NCBI GenBank assembly: GCA_019058295.1
Contig: JAHPZI010000023.1
Span: 1-64,000, forward strand
Direction of reading: 5' to 3'
DNA from: Promethearchaeota archaeon
GTDB taxonomy: Archaea; Asgardarchaeota; Lokiarchaeia; Sigyniarchaeales; SOKP01
DNA length: 64,000 bases
Each line of letters begins with the position of its first letter. Positions within the stretch are counted from its first letter, which is position 1. A program made the translations under genes and the position numbers. The notes beneath the pieces were generated by a model that saw only the letters and a program-made list of their open reading frames with translations, was not told where the DNA came from and searched no databases. Below, piece after piece: positions 30,651 to 39,795 of this stretch.

Positions 30651-30826
30651 TCTCCTTTTCTATTTGGTTTCATAATTGGTTATTTTAATTTAAAATAATC
30701 AACCTTTTTTTAATAAAAAAATGTTTTAGTTGGAATATTTTCCCCAATAAATTAATTTTTAAAATAATTCAAATTCATATCAATATAGAATAAAGTTATC
30801 ATAAATTATAATAAAAATGTGATTTT

Positions 30827-32152
30827 ATGAGTAAATCAATAGTTTCTATTGGTAAGTATGAAAAACCGTTTGAGTCTGTCAAGAAAGTTATTGAACTTGC
30901 GAACGGACTTGAAAATTTACCATCTAAAGCCAAAGTATTTATTAAACCTAATATCGTATATTGGAACCGACATTGCACTATTCCAAAATGGGGTGTTCTG
31001 ACAACTTCTCGAGTAATGGAAGATGTCGTAGCTTTGCTTAAAGAAAAAGGGATTGAGGACATAATCATTGGCGAAGGGATTGTCAAAGAAGACCCGAAAG
31101 ATAAAGAAACAGCCGCTGATGCTTGGGAAAAACTTGGATATAATAAACTTATTGATAAATATGGTGTTAAGGTATATGATTTATTTGAAAGACCTTATGA
31201 GAAGATTGATCTAAACACAGGATTTAAGACAAATTTTAGTTCTGATGCTCTTAATGCAGATTTTCTAATTGATATTCCTACTCTTAAGACGCATGCTCAA
31301 GCCATGGTTAGTTTGGGCCTCAAAAATTTGAAGGGTTTAATTAGTGTTGCATCTCGAAAGAAATTTCATAATGCTGACCCCGTAAAAAATCTTGATCATA
31401 ATGTTGCTCAACTCGCAAATAAAATACCTCCTTCTTTAACAATTATAGATGGGATTTATACTCTTGAAAGAGGTCCCGCCATTGATGGAAAAAGTCATAG
31501 AAAAAATATTCTTGTTGCATCATCAGATATATTAAGTGCTGATATGGTTGGAGCAAAATTGTTAGGTGTCGACCCTTCAACCGTCCCATCTTTAATCCAA
31601 GCAGCAAAAGATCGAAATAGACCTACAGATTTATCCGATGTTGAAGTAGTTGGAGAAAAGATAGAAAATCTGGCGTCTCATCATGAGTGGGATTTTAAAT
31701 ATAATGAAGCAGATGATTTACCCCTTCCTTTCCAGAGAGCGGGTATAGAAGGTATAAAATATCATAAATATGACTCAACCATGTGTACATACTGCAGTGG
31801 CATGAACGGACTGATTTTAATAGCTATTAAAATGGCTTATAGGAAGTCTAAACCTTTTGATAAAGTCGAAGTGTTATCTGGTAAAGTTATGACACCCACA
31901 CCTGGAAATAATAAAACTATTCTATTTGGGCAATGTCAATATAATTTGAATAAAGATCATCCAGAGATTAAAGAACTGATTTCAATTCCAGGATGCCCCC
32001 CTTCAAGGGAGGCTATACAAGAGGCTCTTCAAAAAATTGGATTAAAAGTTCCTAAATCTTTTTGGGAGAATTTAGATAAAGCCCCAGGATGGTTAATGCA
32101 GAAATTTAAAGGGAAGCCAGAATTCGAGGAATCTTTTTTTCAAATTCAATAA
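30827..32152 (+). CDS. DUF362 Fe-S protein
   Basis: IKPN, GEG, LKTH, LGLKNLKG and IIDG; C-terminal CTYC..GQC..GCPP. Confidence 0.88.
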   Translation: MSKSIVSIGKYEKPFESVKKVIELANGLENLPSKAKVFIKPNIVYWNRHCTIPKWGVLTTSRVMEDVVALLKEKGIEDIIIGEGIVKEDPKDKETAADAWEKLGYNKLIDKYGVKVYDLFERPYEKIDLNTGFKTNFSSDALNADFLIDIPTLKTHAQAMVSLGLKNLKGLISVASRKKFHNADPVKNLDHNVAQLANKIPPSLTIIDGIYTLERGPAIDGKSHRKNILVASSDILSADMVGAKLLGVDPSTVPSLIQAAKDRNRPTDLSDVEVVGEKIENLASHHEWDFKYNEADDLPLPFQRAGIEGIKYHKYDSTMCTYCSGMNGLILIAIKMAYRKSKPFDKVEVLSGKVMTPTPGNNKTILFGQCQYNLNKDHPEIKELISIPGCPPSREAIQEALQKIGLKVPKSFWENLDKAPGWLMQKFKGKPEFEESFFQIQ

Positions 32153-32201
32153 TTTTAAAATTCTGTATATAACATTTTATTTTTAATCTATTTACTTATT
32201 C

Positions 32202-33131
32202 TTAAATTTGCGATTTTTCGCTATCTTTCTTTAATATTAAAATTTCATTTAATCTGTCGGTATAAATTTTAACTCCCTCGTTATCATTAATATCATAGCA
32301 AACGTCTATAATTCTAGAGTACTTATTTATTGCTTTTTGAAAATTCTTTTTATCAAGTTCTTCTTGAGCTTCCTTTAGCAAATCTTGTATTAATTTTTTT
32401 GATTTTTGAATATGATCAACGCTTTTCTTCTCAATTGTTTTTACATCTGCATGAAATATCTCTATTAATATAGATTCTATCTCTATAATTAATTCATAAA
32501 TTCTTTTAGGATTATTAGAATCCCAATTTGAATAGGTAATAGCTTTTTCCCAAAATTTATCTATATCTCCATCAAATAATTTAATGATATCTAAAGGAAT
32601 GTTTAATTTAGGTTTCTCAGGATAATCAGTAAAATCTAACCCTATAATAAAATGTTCATCCAAGGTAATAGATAAGTAAACTAAAGCATTAGTAATTGAA
32701 TCTATAAATTCCGTTTGAAAATAATACATTAAATCCTTGGCTTCGCGAGCAATTAGAACTTCTTTATCAATAAGTTGCACAGTTTCCTCCTTTACTTCAA
32801 CTACCTCTTTCTCAACTGGAGGGGCTTCCTCAATGATTTCAATTTCAGGGGGTTCCTCTTTCTTAATTGGAGGTGCTTCCTTAACTGGGGCTGGTTCTTT
32901 GACAACTCTTTCTCTCGGTTTTATTATAGTTTTTTCTTTAACTTCAGCTATTTGTTGCAATATCTCTCTTAATTCGTTTTCCAAGGTTAATTTATTAGAT
33001 TTAAATTCATCAAGAGGTATCGCTCCTTGTTCCAATTGTTTTTTCAAATTTTGAATGGTGATGACAATTTCTTTAACTCTTGATTTTAATTGTTGTATAT
33101 TTTTTAATATTTCCTCTTCACTCAATCTCAC
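32202..33131 (-). CDS. Hypothetical protein: coiled coil, Pro/Glu linker, UBC/RWD-like domain and helical TPR/MIT-like tail
   Basis: Heptad-like N-terminus; FIIGLDFTDYPEKPKL..W..IYELIIEI resembles the E2/RWD YPxxP fold; 4-nt GTGA overlap with the upstream gene. Confidence 0.7.
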   Translation of the reverse strand: MRLSEEEILKNIQQLKSRVKEIVITIQNLKKQLEQGAIPLDEFKSNKLTLENELREILQQIAEVKEKTIIKPRERVVKEPAPVKEAPPIKKEEPPEIEIIEEAPPVEKEVVEVKEETVQLIDKEVLIAREAKDLMYYFQTEFIDSITNALVYLSITLDEHFIIGLDFTDYPEKPKLNIPLDIIKLFDGDIDKFWEKAITYSNWDSNNPKRIYELIIEIESILIEIFHADVKTIEKKSVDHIQKSKKLIQDLLKEAQEELDKKNFQKAINKYSRIIDVCYDINDNEGVKIYTDRLNEILILKKDSEKSQI

Positions 33132-34174
33132 TTTTCACCTGAATTAATTTTTTTTTTAACCATTTTTTCAAATCCTATTGCATTAGAAAAACTAGGATCT
33201 TCAACCTTAATAATTCTACTTAAATCTATATCACCAACTAAATTATTTTCTAATATTAAAATCTCAATTTCAGTCCAAAAAATATCCAAAGCTTCACCTG
33301 CTAAAATAAAATATTCGATTTCTGCATCTAATGGTAAATTTCTTATCAAATCAATTAAAATATTGACAATTTCAGTTGAAATTTGACGGATATAATATTT
33401 TTTTATTTCACTAATATCGTATGATTTTCCAGAGATTTGAACTTGTTCTTTATTGTCCCTTATGCTCTGTAAGATTGAATGAGGATTAACAATGTATCCT
33501 GTTTGTTCCTCTAGGGCAAGAGAGATTTTATTAGATAAAACAAATAATGAAGCATTTGTTAAATTTCGGGAGGCATTTCGAATCAATTTTCCATCAAAGA
33601 TAATTAAGATTTCTGTTAATAGATCTAAAGAAATTACCACAGCATCTAATGCGGTATCTAACTCAGCACTTGAAATCACGTCATAATAAGTACCATAAGA
33701 TTCAGGCATAACTAAAACCTGCTTAATATTAATTTTTTTAGTTATTATGTCCTTTGTTGCTTCATTTTTAATTTTAATCTCAAATTCGCCTTTTAGCTTA
33801 GCACTTAATTCCTTCATCTTTTCTATAGTTGTAGAAACTGGAACGCCTATTCCAAGAATAAATTCCTCCTCATCATTCTCGGAAATTAATGGCAAGACTG
33901 ATTTAATCAACAAGAAAATTTCATCAGTCTTTTTAAGATGTGCTTGATCTAAGAGATAATGTTTAATTTCGCTCTGAGTTCGCGCTAATTCACCTATATA
34001 ATATTCCTTATCGGTTTCTATGAGAATAAGATTATTTTCCCAACTTTTATCTACCGTTAAATCTCCCCATCCTGTAGGATCACTAGAACCAATTACATTA
34101 GGAATCGATAATTTGATAGATTCGCTAGAGAATTTAATATTCCCTCCTATATCAATTCCTATACCTAAAATAAT
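33128..34174 (-). CDS. ParM/StbA-family actin-like protein, degenerate ATPase motifs
   Basis: The frame stays open 87 codons upstream of the track ORF (IILGIGIDIGGNIKF..IPNVIG..GW..DKSWENNLI..YIGELARTQSEIK) to an ATT at 34174 that follows an in-frame TGA. Colinear with 34367..35404. Confidence 0.85.
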   Translation of the reverse strand: MILGIGIDIGGNIKFSSESIKLSIPNVIGSSDPTGWGDLTVDKSWENNLILIETDKEYYIGELARTQSEIKHYLLDQAHLKKTDEIFLLIKSVLPLISENDEEEFILGIGVPVSTTIEKMKELSAKLKGEFEIKIKNEATKDIITKKINIKQVLVMPESYGTYYDVISSAELDTALDAVVISLDLLTEILIIFDGKLIRNASRNLTNASLFVLSNKISLALEEQTGYIVNPHSILQSIRDNKEQVQISGKSYDISEIKKYYIRQISTEIVNILIDLIRNLPLDAEIEYFILAGEALDIFWTEIEILILENNLVGDIDLSRIIKVEDPSFSNAIGFEKMVKKKINSGEK

Positions 34175-34366
34175 TCAAGCACCAATTTTTTACGATATTT
34201 CAAGCGAATATTCAATAATTATAAATAGTAATATTTGTATAAATAACAAATGTATGATAAAAATAAAAAATATAATATTAAAAGTAATTAATGTAATTAT
34301 AAATATAAATTTGAAAAAAAATTCAAAAAAACTAACTATTATCTAAAATTTATAAGGTGAGAAATA
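34175..34366. promoter_or_regulatory. Divergent AT-rich promoter region shared by the two actin-like genes
   Basis: 192-bp intergenic region with TATA-like TTATAAAT elements; AGGTGA RBS before 34367 and GGTG before 34174 on the - strand. Confidence 0.5.
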
Positions 34367-35404
34367 ATGGAAGATTCTTCAGAAAGATTATATATCGGTT
34401 GCGACTTAGGTACGAGTACAATAAAGCTCTCGTGTGGAGACACAAAATTCTTAATCCCATCTTTAATTGGTGAACCAAATCCCGGCTGGTCTGGTGCGTC
34501 CTTTGATAAAAGTCTTGAGAATAACTTAGTCATAACTGAAGGGCGAGATTCTTATTATATTGGAGAATTAGCTCGAATGCAATCGGAAGTAAAACGTGCT
34601 CTTGCGTCTGATGGACAGATGAAATCTGCCGAAGAGACTTATATCGCATTAAAGGCAGCATTAGGGTTATTCATCGATAATGATGGTCAAGATGTTATAG
34701 TAGCAACGGGTGTACCAGTGGCTACTAGTATGGGAGTAATGAAAAATTTGAGTAAAATGTTAAAAGGAAATCTTGAGATAAATGTAAAAAACGACGCCAC
34801 TGGCAAAACTAAACGACTTAATGTAAACATCGAAAAATGTTTGGTATTGCCAGAGCCTTATGGTACTTACTATTCTACATTAAAAGAAAAAGGAGAAGAA
34901 ACAGCTGTCGACACGGTACTAGTTGATATAGGACATGGAAGTACCGATATTTTGACAATGTATCAAGGTCGCCCTATGCGAACTGCATCCGGCTCTATGC
35001 GTGAAGCGACAGATACACTCACAAACCGGATGGCAAGTGCTCTTCAGGAAAAAACAAATCAAATCGTTAAACCTTTTGATTTAATGACTATAATTAGACA
35101 GCAAAAAGAAAGTGTATTGATTGGAGGGCAAACTTATTCTATTAAGAGCATCAGAGATTTTTATGCAAAACAAATTGCAAAAGTGATGGTTGACGAAGTC
35201 ATGAGATTGATAACTACTTTACCTCCGGATGCTTTCGTAGAATATTATATAATTTGTGGTGGTGGAGCCTATACATTTGGAGAAGCCATTAAAGAGGCTA
35301 TTATTGAGGGTCATTTAGTTACTACTGACGAAGCTGTTATCATTCCAGAAGATCCTGTTATAAGCAATGCTAGAGGATTCGAGCTTATAGCCCAATCGCA
35401 ATAA
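34367..35404 (+). CDS. ParM/StbA-family actin-like ATPase
   Basis: Phosphate 1 CDLGTSTIK, TGVP, connect 1 LPEPYG, phosphate 2 VDIGHGSTD, adenosine CGGGA and connect 2 SNARGF. Confidence 0.92.
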   Translation: MEDSSERLYIGCDLGTSTIKLSCGDTKFLIPSLIGEPNPGWSGASFDKSLENNLVITEGRDSYYIGELARMQSEVKRALASDGQMKSAEETYIALKAALGLFIDNDGQDVIVATGVPVATSMGVMKNLSKMLKGNLEINVKNDATGKTKRLNVNIEKCLVLPEPYGTYYSTLKEKGEETAVDTVLVDIGHGSTDILTMYQGRPMRTASGSMREATDTLTNRMASALQEKTNQIVKPFDLMTIIRQQKESVLIGGQTYSIKSIRDFYAKQIAKVMVDEVMRLITTLPPDAFVEYYIICGGGAYTFGEAIKEAIIEGHLVTTDEAVIIPEDPVISNARGFELIAQSQ

Positions 35405-35573
35405 TAAAATATTCATAAATCCAAATTTTTTACTTTTCCTTTAAAATTTTCTTAATATAGACAAAAAATAAATAACTTAATTTATACATTTAATTTAAGA
35501 GAATTATAATAAACTTCAACAAATAACAATTTTTATATAGAAAATATTTATCATACTCTCTTGGAAGATTACT

Positions 35574-36824
35574 GTGGGAGAAAAATCACCTCAAGATAAT
35601 GTTAATAAGCTTGAAGACACCGTAAAAAAAGCATTGGATGGTTTTTCCGGAACAGACTCTGGGACGGATACCGACCTTTCGAGTTTAGAAGGTGTAGTAC
35701 AAAATGCATTAACTGAATTAACCGATTTAGAAAATAACTTATTAAATGTTATCTCCCCATCAGCAGGTAGTCAAGAAGACAAGGATAGCAATTACTTATT
35801 AGCAGTCAGACGATTACAAAACGCAATGAAAGTAGCGCTTTTAGATGGTGCGAGGAAAAAAGATTTAAAAACATTCGAAGAGGGTTTTAATTTCTATAAT
35901 AATGCCCTTGAAATAATAACTGCTACAGGGATTCAATCTGAAATAGATCAAGTAATGAGTGAATTTGCCCAAACACTTATAAAGATAATAACCAAACCTG
36001 AAAATATTAAAAATCCTGAGTTTAAACCTTTTGCGTTTAAAGCTTGTAAAAATTTAGCGGAAATTTATGATTATTTTAAAAACTTTGAAATTAGTGGCAA
36101 ATTTCATAATCGCGCCGGAGGTTTAATCTCTGATAATCCTCTCATCGCAGAATTAGAGTATTTTCAATCAGTTATTGACTATATTCTCCTGAACGATCTA
36201 AACAAAGCAAACGAACAGACTTCAAAGCTAAAATTTAAACATATTGTAATTTTCGCAAATGACCTAACAAACGCAATTAACGAATCTAAACCAGAACTTA
36301 TTGAGCAAATTAAAACTAAAATCGAAGTCTTAGCAGCTCAAAAGGGATTTAAACCTAAAAATATTCTTTTTTTGCTAAATTTGATTAAAGATCGAATTAA
36401 AGATTCCAGCGGAAAAGTAACTGCGCAAACAATAAAAGCACCATCCGATGTTGTACCGTTATCTAAAGAAAAAATAGAAGCTATCAAAGATTCCTTGACA
36501 CAAGGAATTCAATCACTTCAAGAAGCCTATCCTGAGCTCGAAAATCCAGCGGCTGCTCAGATTGATACCAGTGAAATAATTTCTGAATTAAAAGAAGTTA
36601 TCTCAACCGAAATTAGTAAAGAAGTAAAATCCCTTTCAAGCGACATCGTATCCAAAATCCTGAGCAATCTCCCCCGAGGTGGAATGGCATCTGGTCCCAG
36701 ATATGCTGGAACTATTTCCGACGCAGATAGGCCTGATATTGAAATTGTTGAAGGTGGCCCAAGAGAAAAACCTCAAAGACCTAAGTTAGATGATATGCTA
36801 GATTCTGTAATCGTTAGCGAATAA
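35574..36824 (+). CDS. Hypothetical alpha-helical protein (TPR-like core, disordered C-terminus)
   Basis: Long GTG ORF; helical-repeat composition; ends KPQRPKLDDMLDSVIVSE. Confidence 0.75.
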   Translation: MGEKSPQDNVNKLEDTVKKALDGFSGTDSGTDTDLSSLEGVVQNALTELTDLENNLLNVISPSAGSQEDKDSNYLLAVRRLQNAMKVALLDGARKKDLKTFEEGFNFYNNALEIITATGIQSEIDQVMSEFAQTLIKIITKPENIKNPEFKPFAFKACKNLAEIYDYFKNFEISGKFHNRAGGLISDNPLIAELEYFQSVIDYILLNDLNKANEQTSKLKFKHIVIFANDLTNAINESKPELIEQIKTKIEVLAAQKGFKPKNILFLLNLIKDRIKDSSGKVTAQTIKAPSDVVPLSKEKIEAIKDSLTQGIQSLQEAYPELENPAAAQIDTSEIISELKEVISTEISKEVKSLSSDIVSKILSNLPRGGMASGPRYAGTISDADRPDIEIVEGGPREKPQRPKLDDMLDSVIVSE

Positions 36825-36853
36825 TTGAATTTTTCTTTTAGAAATTTGTAGAT

Positions 36854-38959
36854 TTAACTCGTTTTGAAATGTTGTTGCGGTTGAAAGATAGATAAATTTA
36901 GATCTTCAAATCTATTAGAATCACAAATTTCAGTAAACCATGTATAATCAGTATTAGGTTTCATTTGGTTACGAGAATCATTTATCCACGCGGAATTCTT
37001 ATTTAATCCATAACTAGGCATAAGAAACGATAGGAAAAACATATTGTCGTAGAAATATAGATTGTGAAAATCAGTGTAATTAGAATTTCCTTCAGAAACC
37101 CAATTTAAATAGTATCCGTTTGCATTAGAAAGCTTATCTAGCGTAGACCATTTGGTATAGAAGGGCTTTTTTATATCTTCTGCTACTTCTCCAGTAGGAA
37201 AATATGAGATTTTATCCTTGTTTGCTAAATAGGCATTTAAGAGGTTATTATGAGATTTAAGGATTCTCGACTTTGATCGCTTCTCTCCATTTCGATAATT
37301 TACTGTAATGTTATATTCTCCATCTTCTAAGAATCCATTTCTATCAAATCCGACATATCTAATTTGATCCATATTCAACCTATCAACAACATATCCATTT
37401 CCATTCTTAAAATCGAAAGGCTCATTAAAGACCTTAAATTCATAACTATTTGGTCCTTGGACGATAATATTGTCAATAATATTTGTAAATTTTTCTCCAA
37501 ATAAGCCACGAAACATTGCTTCAAATCTAGTTTGCTTTTTTGGCATATCGCTGCTATTTTCACCATTATCAAAATATGTTTGGCTTACAATTATATTATC
37601 TAGTGTTGGTATTGTCTCAGTTTTAACATCTTCATTAAAAAATGACTCTTCAAATTCATTAAATCGGTGCCAATATCTCATTCCATGTAAAAGTGGAATT
37701 TTCTCAAGGTTAGCAAGATATTCAGGATTTACATTTATTCCAGCTTTATGAAGAGCTTTTGTTATGTTTTCAAGTTTTGGAGGGCAGCCTTTTATAGCTA
37801 TAAGTTCTTTAATGTCTGGATTATTTCTATGTTTATTAAACATACATTGACCTAACAAAATTGTCTTTTTTTTCCCCGTAGGATTCATTCTTTTTCCTGT
37901 AAGAACTTCTATATCATCCCAAGGGTTTCCAACCCATGCAAAATTAATTGCTTCGAGTACTCTGCTAGTAAGCATAGAGCAATATGTACATAAGGAATTA
38001 TCATAATTCCAATAATATATCCCCTTTACTCCTCGGTGTTTAAAAACTCTTGGCATTGAACCATCTTCAGTATAGGGGAATTTATATTCATGAAAATCTT
38101 GAACTTTCTCAATTTTTCTCCCTATAATCTCAACATCAGAAAAATCTATCGGTCTATTATTGGATTCCGCATAATATTTAAGGTATCTGACGTCTGAGGG
38201 ATCATAACCAAGAATTTTTGCTCCTACCTTATCAGCTGAAAATATATCAGAAGAAGCTATAATGAGATCTTTTCTTCTCATTTTTCCATCATAATTAGGG
38301 CCTCTTTCATTGGTATAAATTCCATCTATTACTGCGGCACTAGGAGGAAGTTTATTAGAAAGATGGGAAATAAAAAATTCAAGATCTTTTTCTGTGTCTG
38401 CGGTATGGCATTTTTTTCTTGAATTCACATCGATTAATCCCTTTAAATTTTTTAGAGCCAAACTTACTTTGGTTTGAGCATGGGTCTTAAGAACTGGTAT
38501 ACTAACGATAAAATCGCTATATAAGGCATCTGTATTAAAATTTAAATCAATCCCATCACCTAAATCGACATTCTCAAAAGACCTCTCAAAAACGTTGATT
38601 ACCCTTATGCCGTGCCTTCTTATAAATATATTATAACCCAAAGTTTCAAACGCATGACGAGGAGTTTCAAAGTCTTTAGGATTCATTACGATAATACCCT
38701 CACCAATCGTAATATCAGAAATTCCTCGTTCTTTTAACGCAATTATTGTATCCTCAACAACACGAGAAGTAGTCACTACACCATATTTTGGATAAAAAGG
38801 TTCACATGACCAATAAACAATATTAGGTTTTAAAAATACTTTCTCATTTCCAGATAAATTTTCAAATGCATTTGAAAGGTTGATAGCTTTACCTACAGAT
38901 TTAATTTTGTTTCTATAACGTACAATTGCAACACGATGCTTATCCATGGTAAACCACAC
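36854..38959 (-). CDS. DUF362 Fe-S protein with ~250-aa C-terminal extension
   Basis: LKPN, LKTH, LKNLKG and CTYC..GQC..GCPP; clear paralog of 30827..32152; the start may be the ATG 4 codons downstream. Confidence 0.85.
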   Translation of the reverse strand: MWFTMDKHRVAIVRYRNKIKSVGKAINLSNAFENLSGNEKVFLKPNIVYWSCEPFYPKYGVVTTSRVVEDTIIALKERGISDITIGEGIIVMNPKDFETPRHAFETLGYNIFIRRHGIRVINVFERSFENVDLGDGIDLNFNTDALYSDFIVSIPVLKTHAQTKVSLALKNLKGLIDVNSRKKCHTADTEKDLEFFISHLSNKLPPSAAVIDGIYTNERGPNYDGKMRRKDLIIASSDIFSADKVGAKILGYDPSDVRYLKYYAESNNRPIDFSDVEIIGRKIEKVQDFHEYKFPYTEDGSMPRVFKHRGVKGIYYWNYDNSLCTYCSMLTSRVLEAINFAWVGNPWDDIEVLTGKRMNPTGKKKTILLGQCMFNKHRNNPDIKELIAIKGCPPKLENITKALHKAGINVNPEYLANLEKIPLLHGMRYWHRFNEFEESFFNEDVKTETIPTLDNIIVSQTYFDNGENSSDMPKKQTRFEAMFRGLFGEKFTNIIDNIIVQGPNSYEFKVFNEPFDFKNGNGYVVDRLNMDQIRYVGFDRNGFLEDGEYNITVNYRNGEKRSKSRILKSHNNLLNAYLANKDKISYFPTGEVAEDIKKPFYTKWSTLDKLSNANGYYLNWVSEGNSNYTDFHNLYFYDNMFFLSFLMPSYGLNKNSAWINDSRNQMKPNTDYTWFTEICDSNRFEDLNLSIFQPQQHFKTS

Positions 38960-39010
38960 TACTTAAAAATTAATCGTTTAAATAGTTTTCAATTTAAAAT
39001 TAATAATAAA

Positions 39011-39790
39011 TTACTTAAAACCTTGACAAAAAGCATAAACATTATCCCCTATAACATCGTGATTGTAGCCTCCTTCTAAAATAGCATATCGACGACCATT
39101 ACAAAGCTTCTCAGAATATTCTTTCATTAAATTACCTAATTCTGTGTAATCTTCTGGATATAAAAGACTGCCCCAGTCCTGGATTCCTTGGTCGAAACCG
39201 GCGCTTGCTGCAAAAATATCAATATCCTCCAGATTTTCCATATATTCCCTTACTTCTTTTATATATTTTTTATTAGATCCTGAATCGGGATTAAGTATTT
39301 TTACCTTAAAATCGTCAGCTCTATGGGTAAGTATATTAATATTGCCATCTCCAGTATGGAGATCGAAATCTAAAATAAATGCGGATTTGATTTTCTTCTC
39401 AGAATATAGCTTTAATAAGCTAATACTCATATTATTAAAATAACAAAACCCCCAACAGGAATCTGCTGATGCATGATGACCCGGAGGCCGAATAACTGCA
39501 AATGAGGGGGTTCCCTTATAAGCCTCCTCAGCAGCTAAGATTGCACCTCCTGCTGCTAACGATGCTAATTCATATAACAAAGATATATCCTTTATATATT
39601 GATAGTGCCTTTCTCCATGGGCTCGTAAAATATCTTCCTCTGTAGCAGGCTTTGGAATGATAATTTCAAATTGGTCTTTATCTTTATTATCTAAAATTTT
39701 TTTCATTATGCCATCTAATCGTCCTACTGAGGCAGCAGGATCCATTGCGTATTCAGAATTATAATATTTCTCATGAAACACAATTTTCAT
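39011..39790 (-). CDS. Histone deacetylase (Rpd3/Hda1) family protein, compact
   Basis: RPPGHHA, GFCYFNN, DFDLHTGDG, SAGFD and LEGGY. Confidence 0.93.
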   Translation of the reverse strand: MKIVFHEKYYNSEYAMDPAASVGRLDGIMKKILDNKDKDQFEIIIPKPATEEDILRAHGERHYQYIKDISLLYELASLAAGGAILAAEEAYKGTPSFAVIRPPGHHASADSCWGFCYFNNMSISLLKLYSEKKIKSAFILDFDLHTGDGNINILTHRADDFKVKILNPDSGSNKKYIKEVREYMENLEDIDIFAASAGFDQGIQDWGSLLYPEDYTELGNLMKEYSEKLCNGRRYAILEGGYNHDVIGDNVYAFCQGFK

Positions 39791-39795
39791 TTGTT

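Noticed and set aside
34175-34177. In-frame TGA before the degenerate actin gene as possible selenocysteine or readthrough
   Set aside because: An in-frame TAA lies 5 codons further upstream with no start codon between other than ATT, and homology does not extend past the TGA.
34175-34366. parC-like centromere or operator between the actin-like genes (e.g. TTTGAA-N6-TTCAAA at 34310-34327)
   Set aside because: No iterated direct repeats, and short AT-only palindromes are expected by chance at this base composition.
34020-34533. Track ORFs 34020..34346 (+) and 34339..34533 (-)
   Set aside because: Antisense to the two actin-like genes.
30827-38959. Integrated plasmid or mobile element suggested by ParM-like genes
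   Set aside because: No integrase, Rep, transposase, att repeats or obvious compositional shift; neighbours are metabolic genes.
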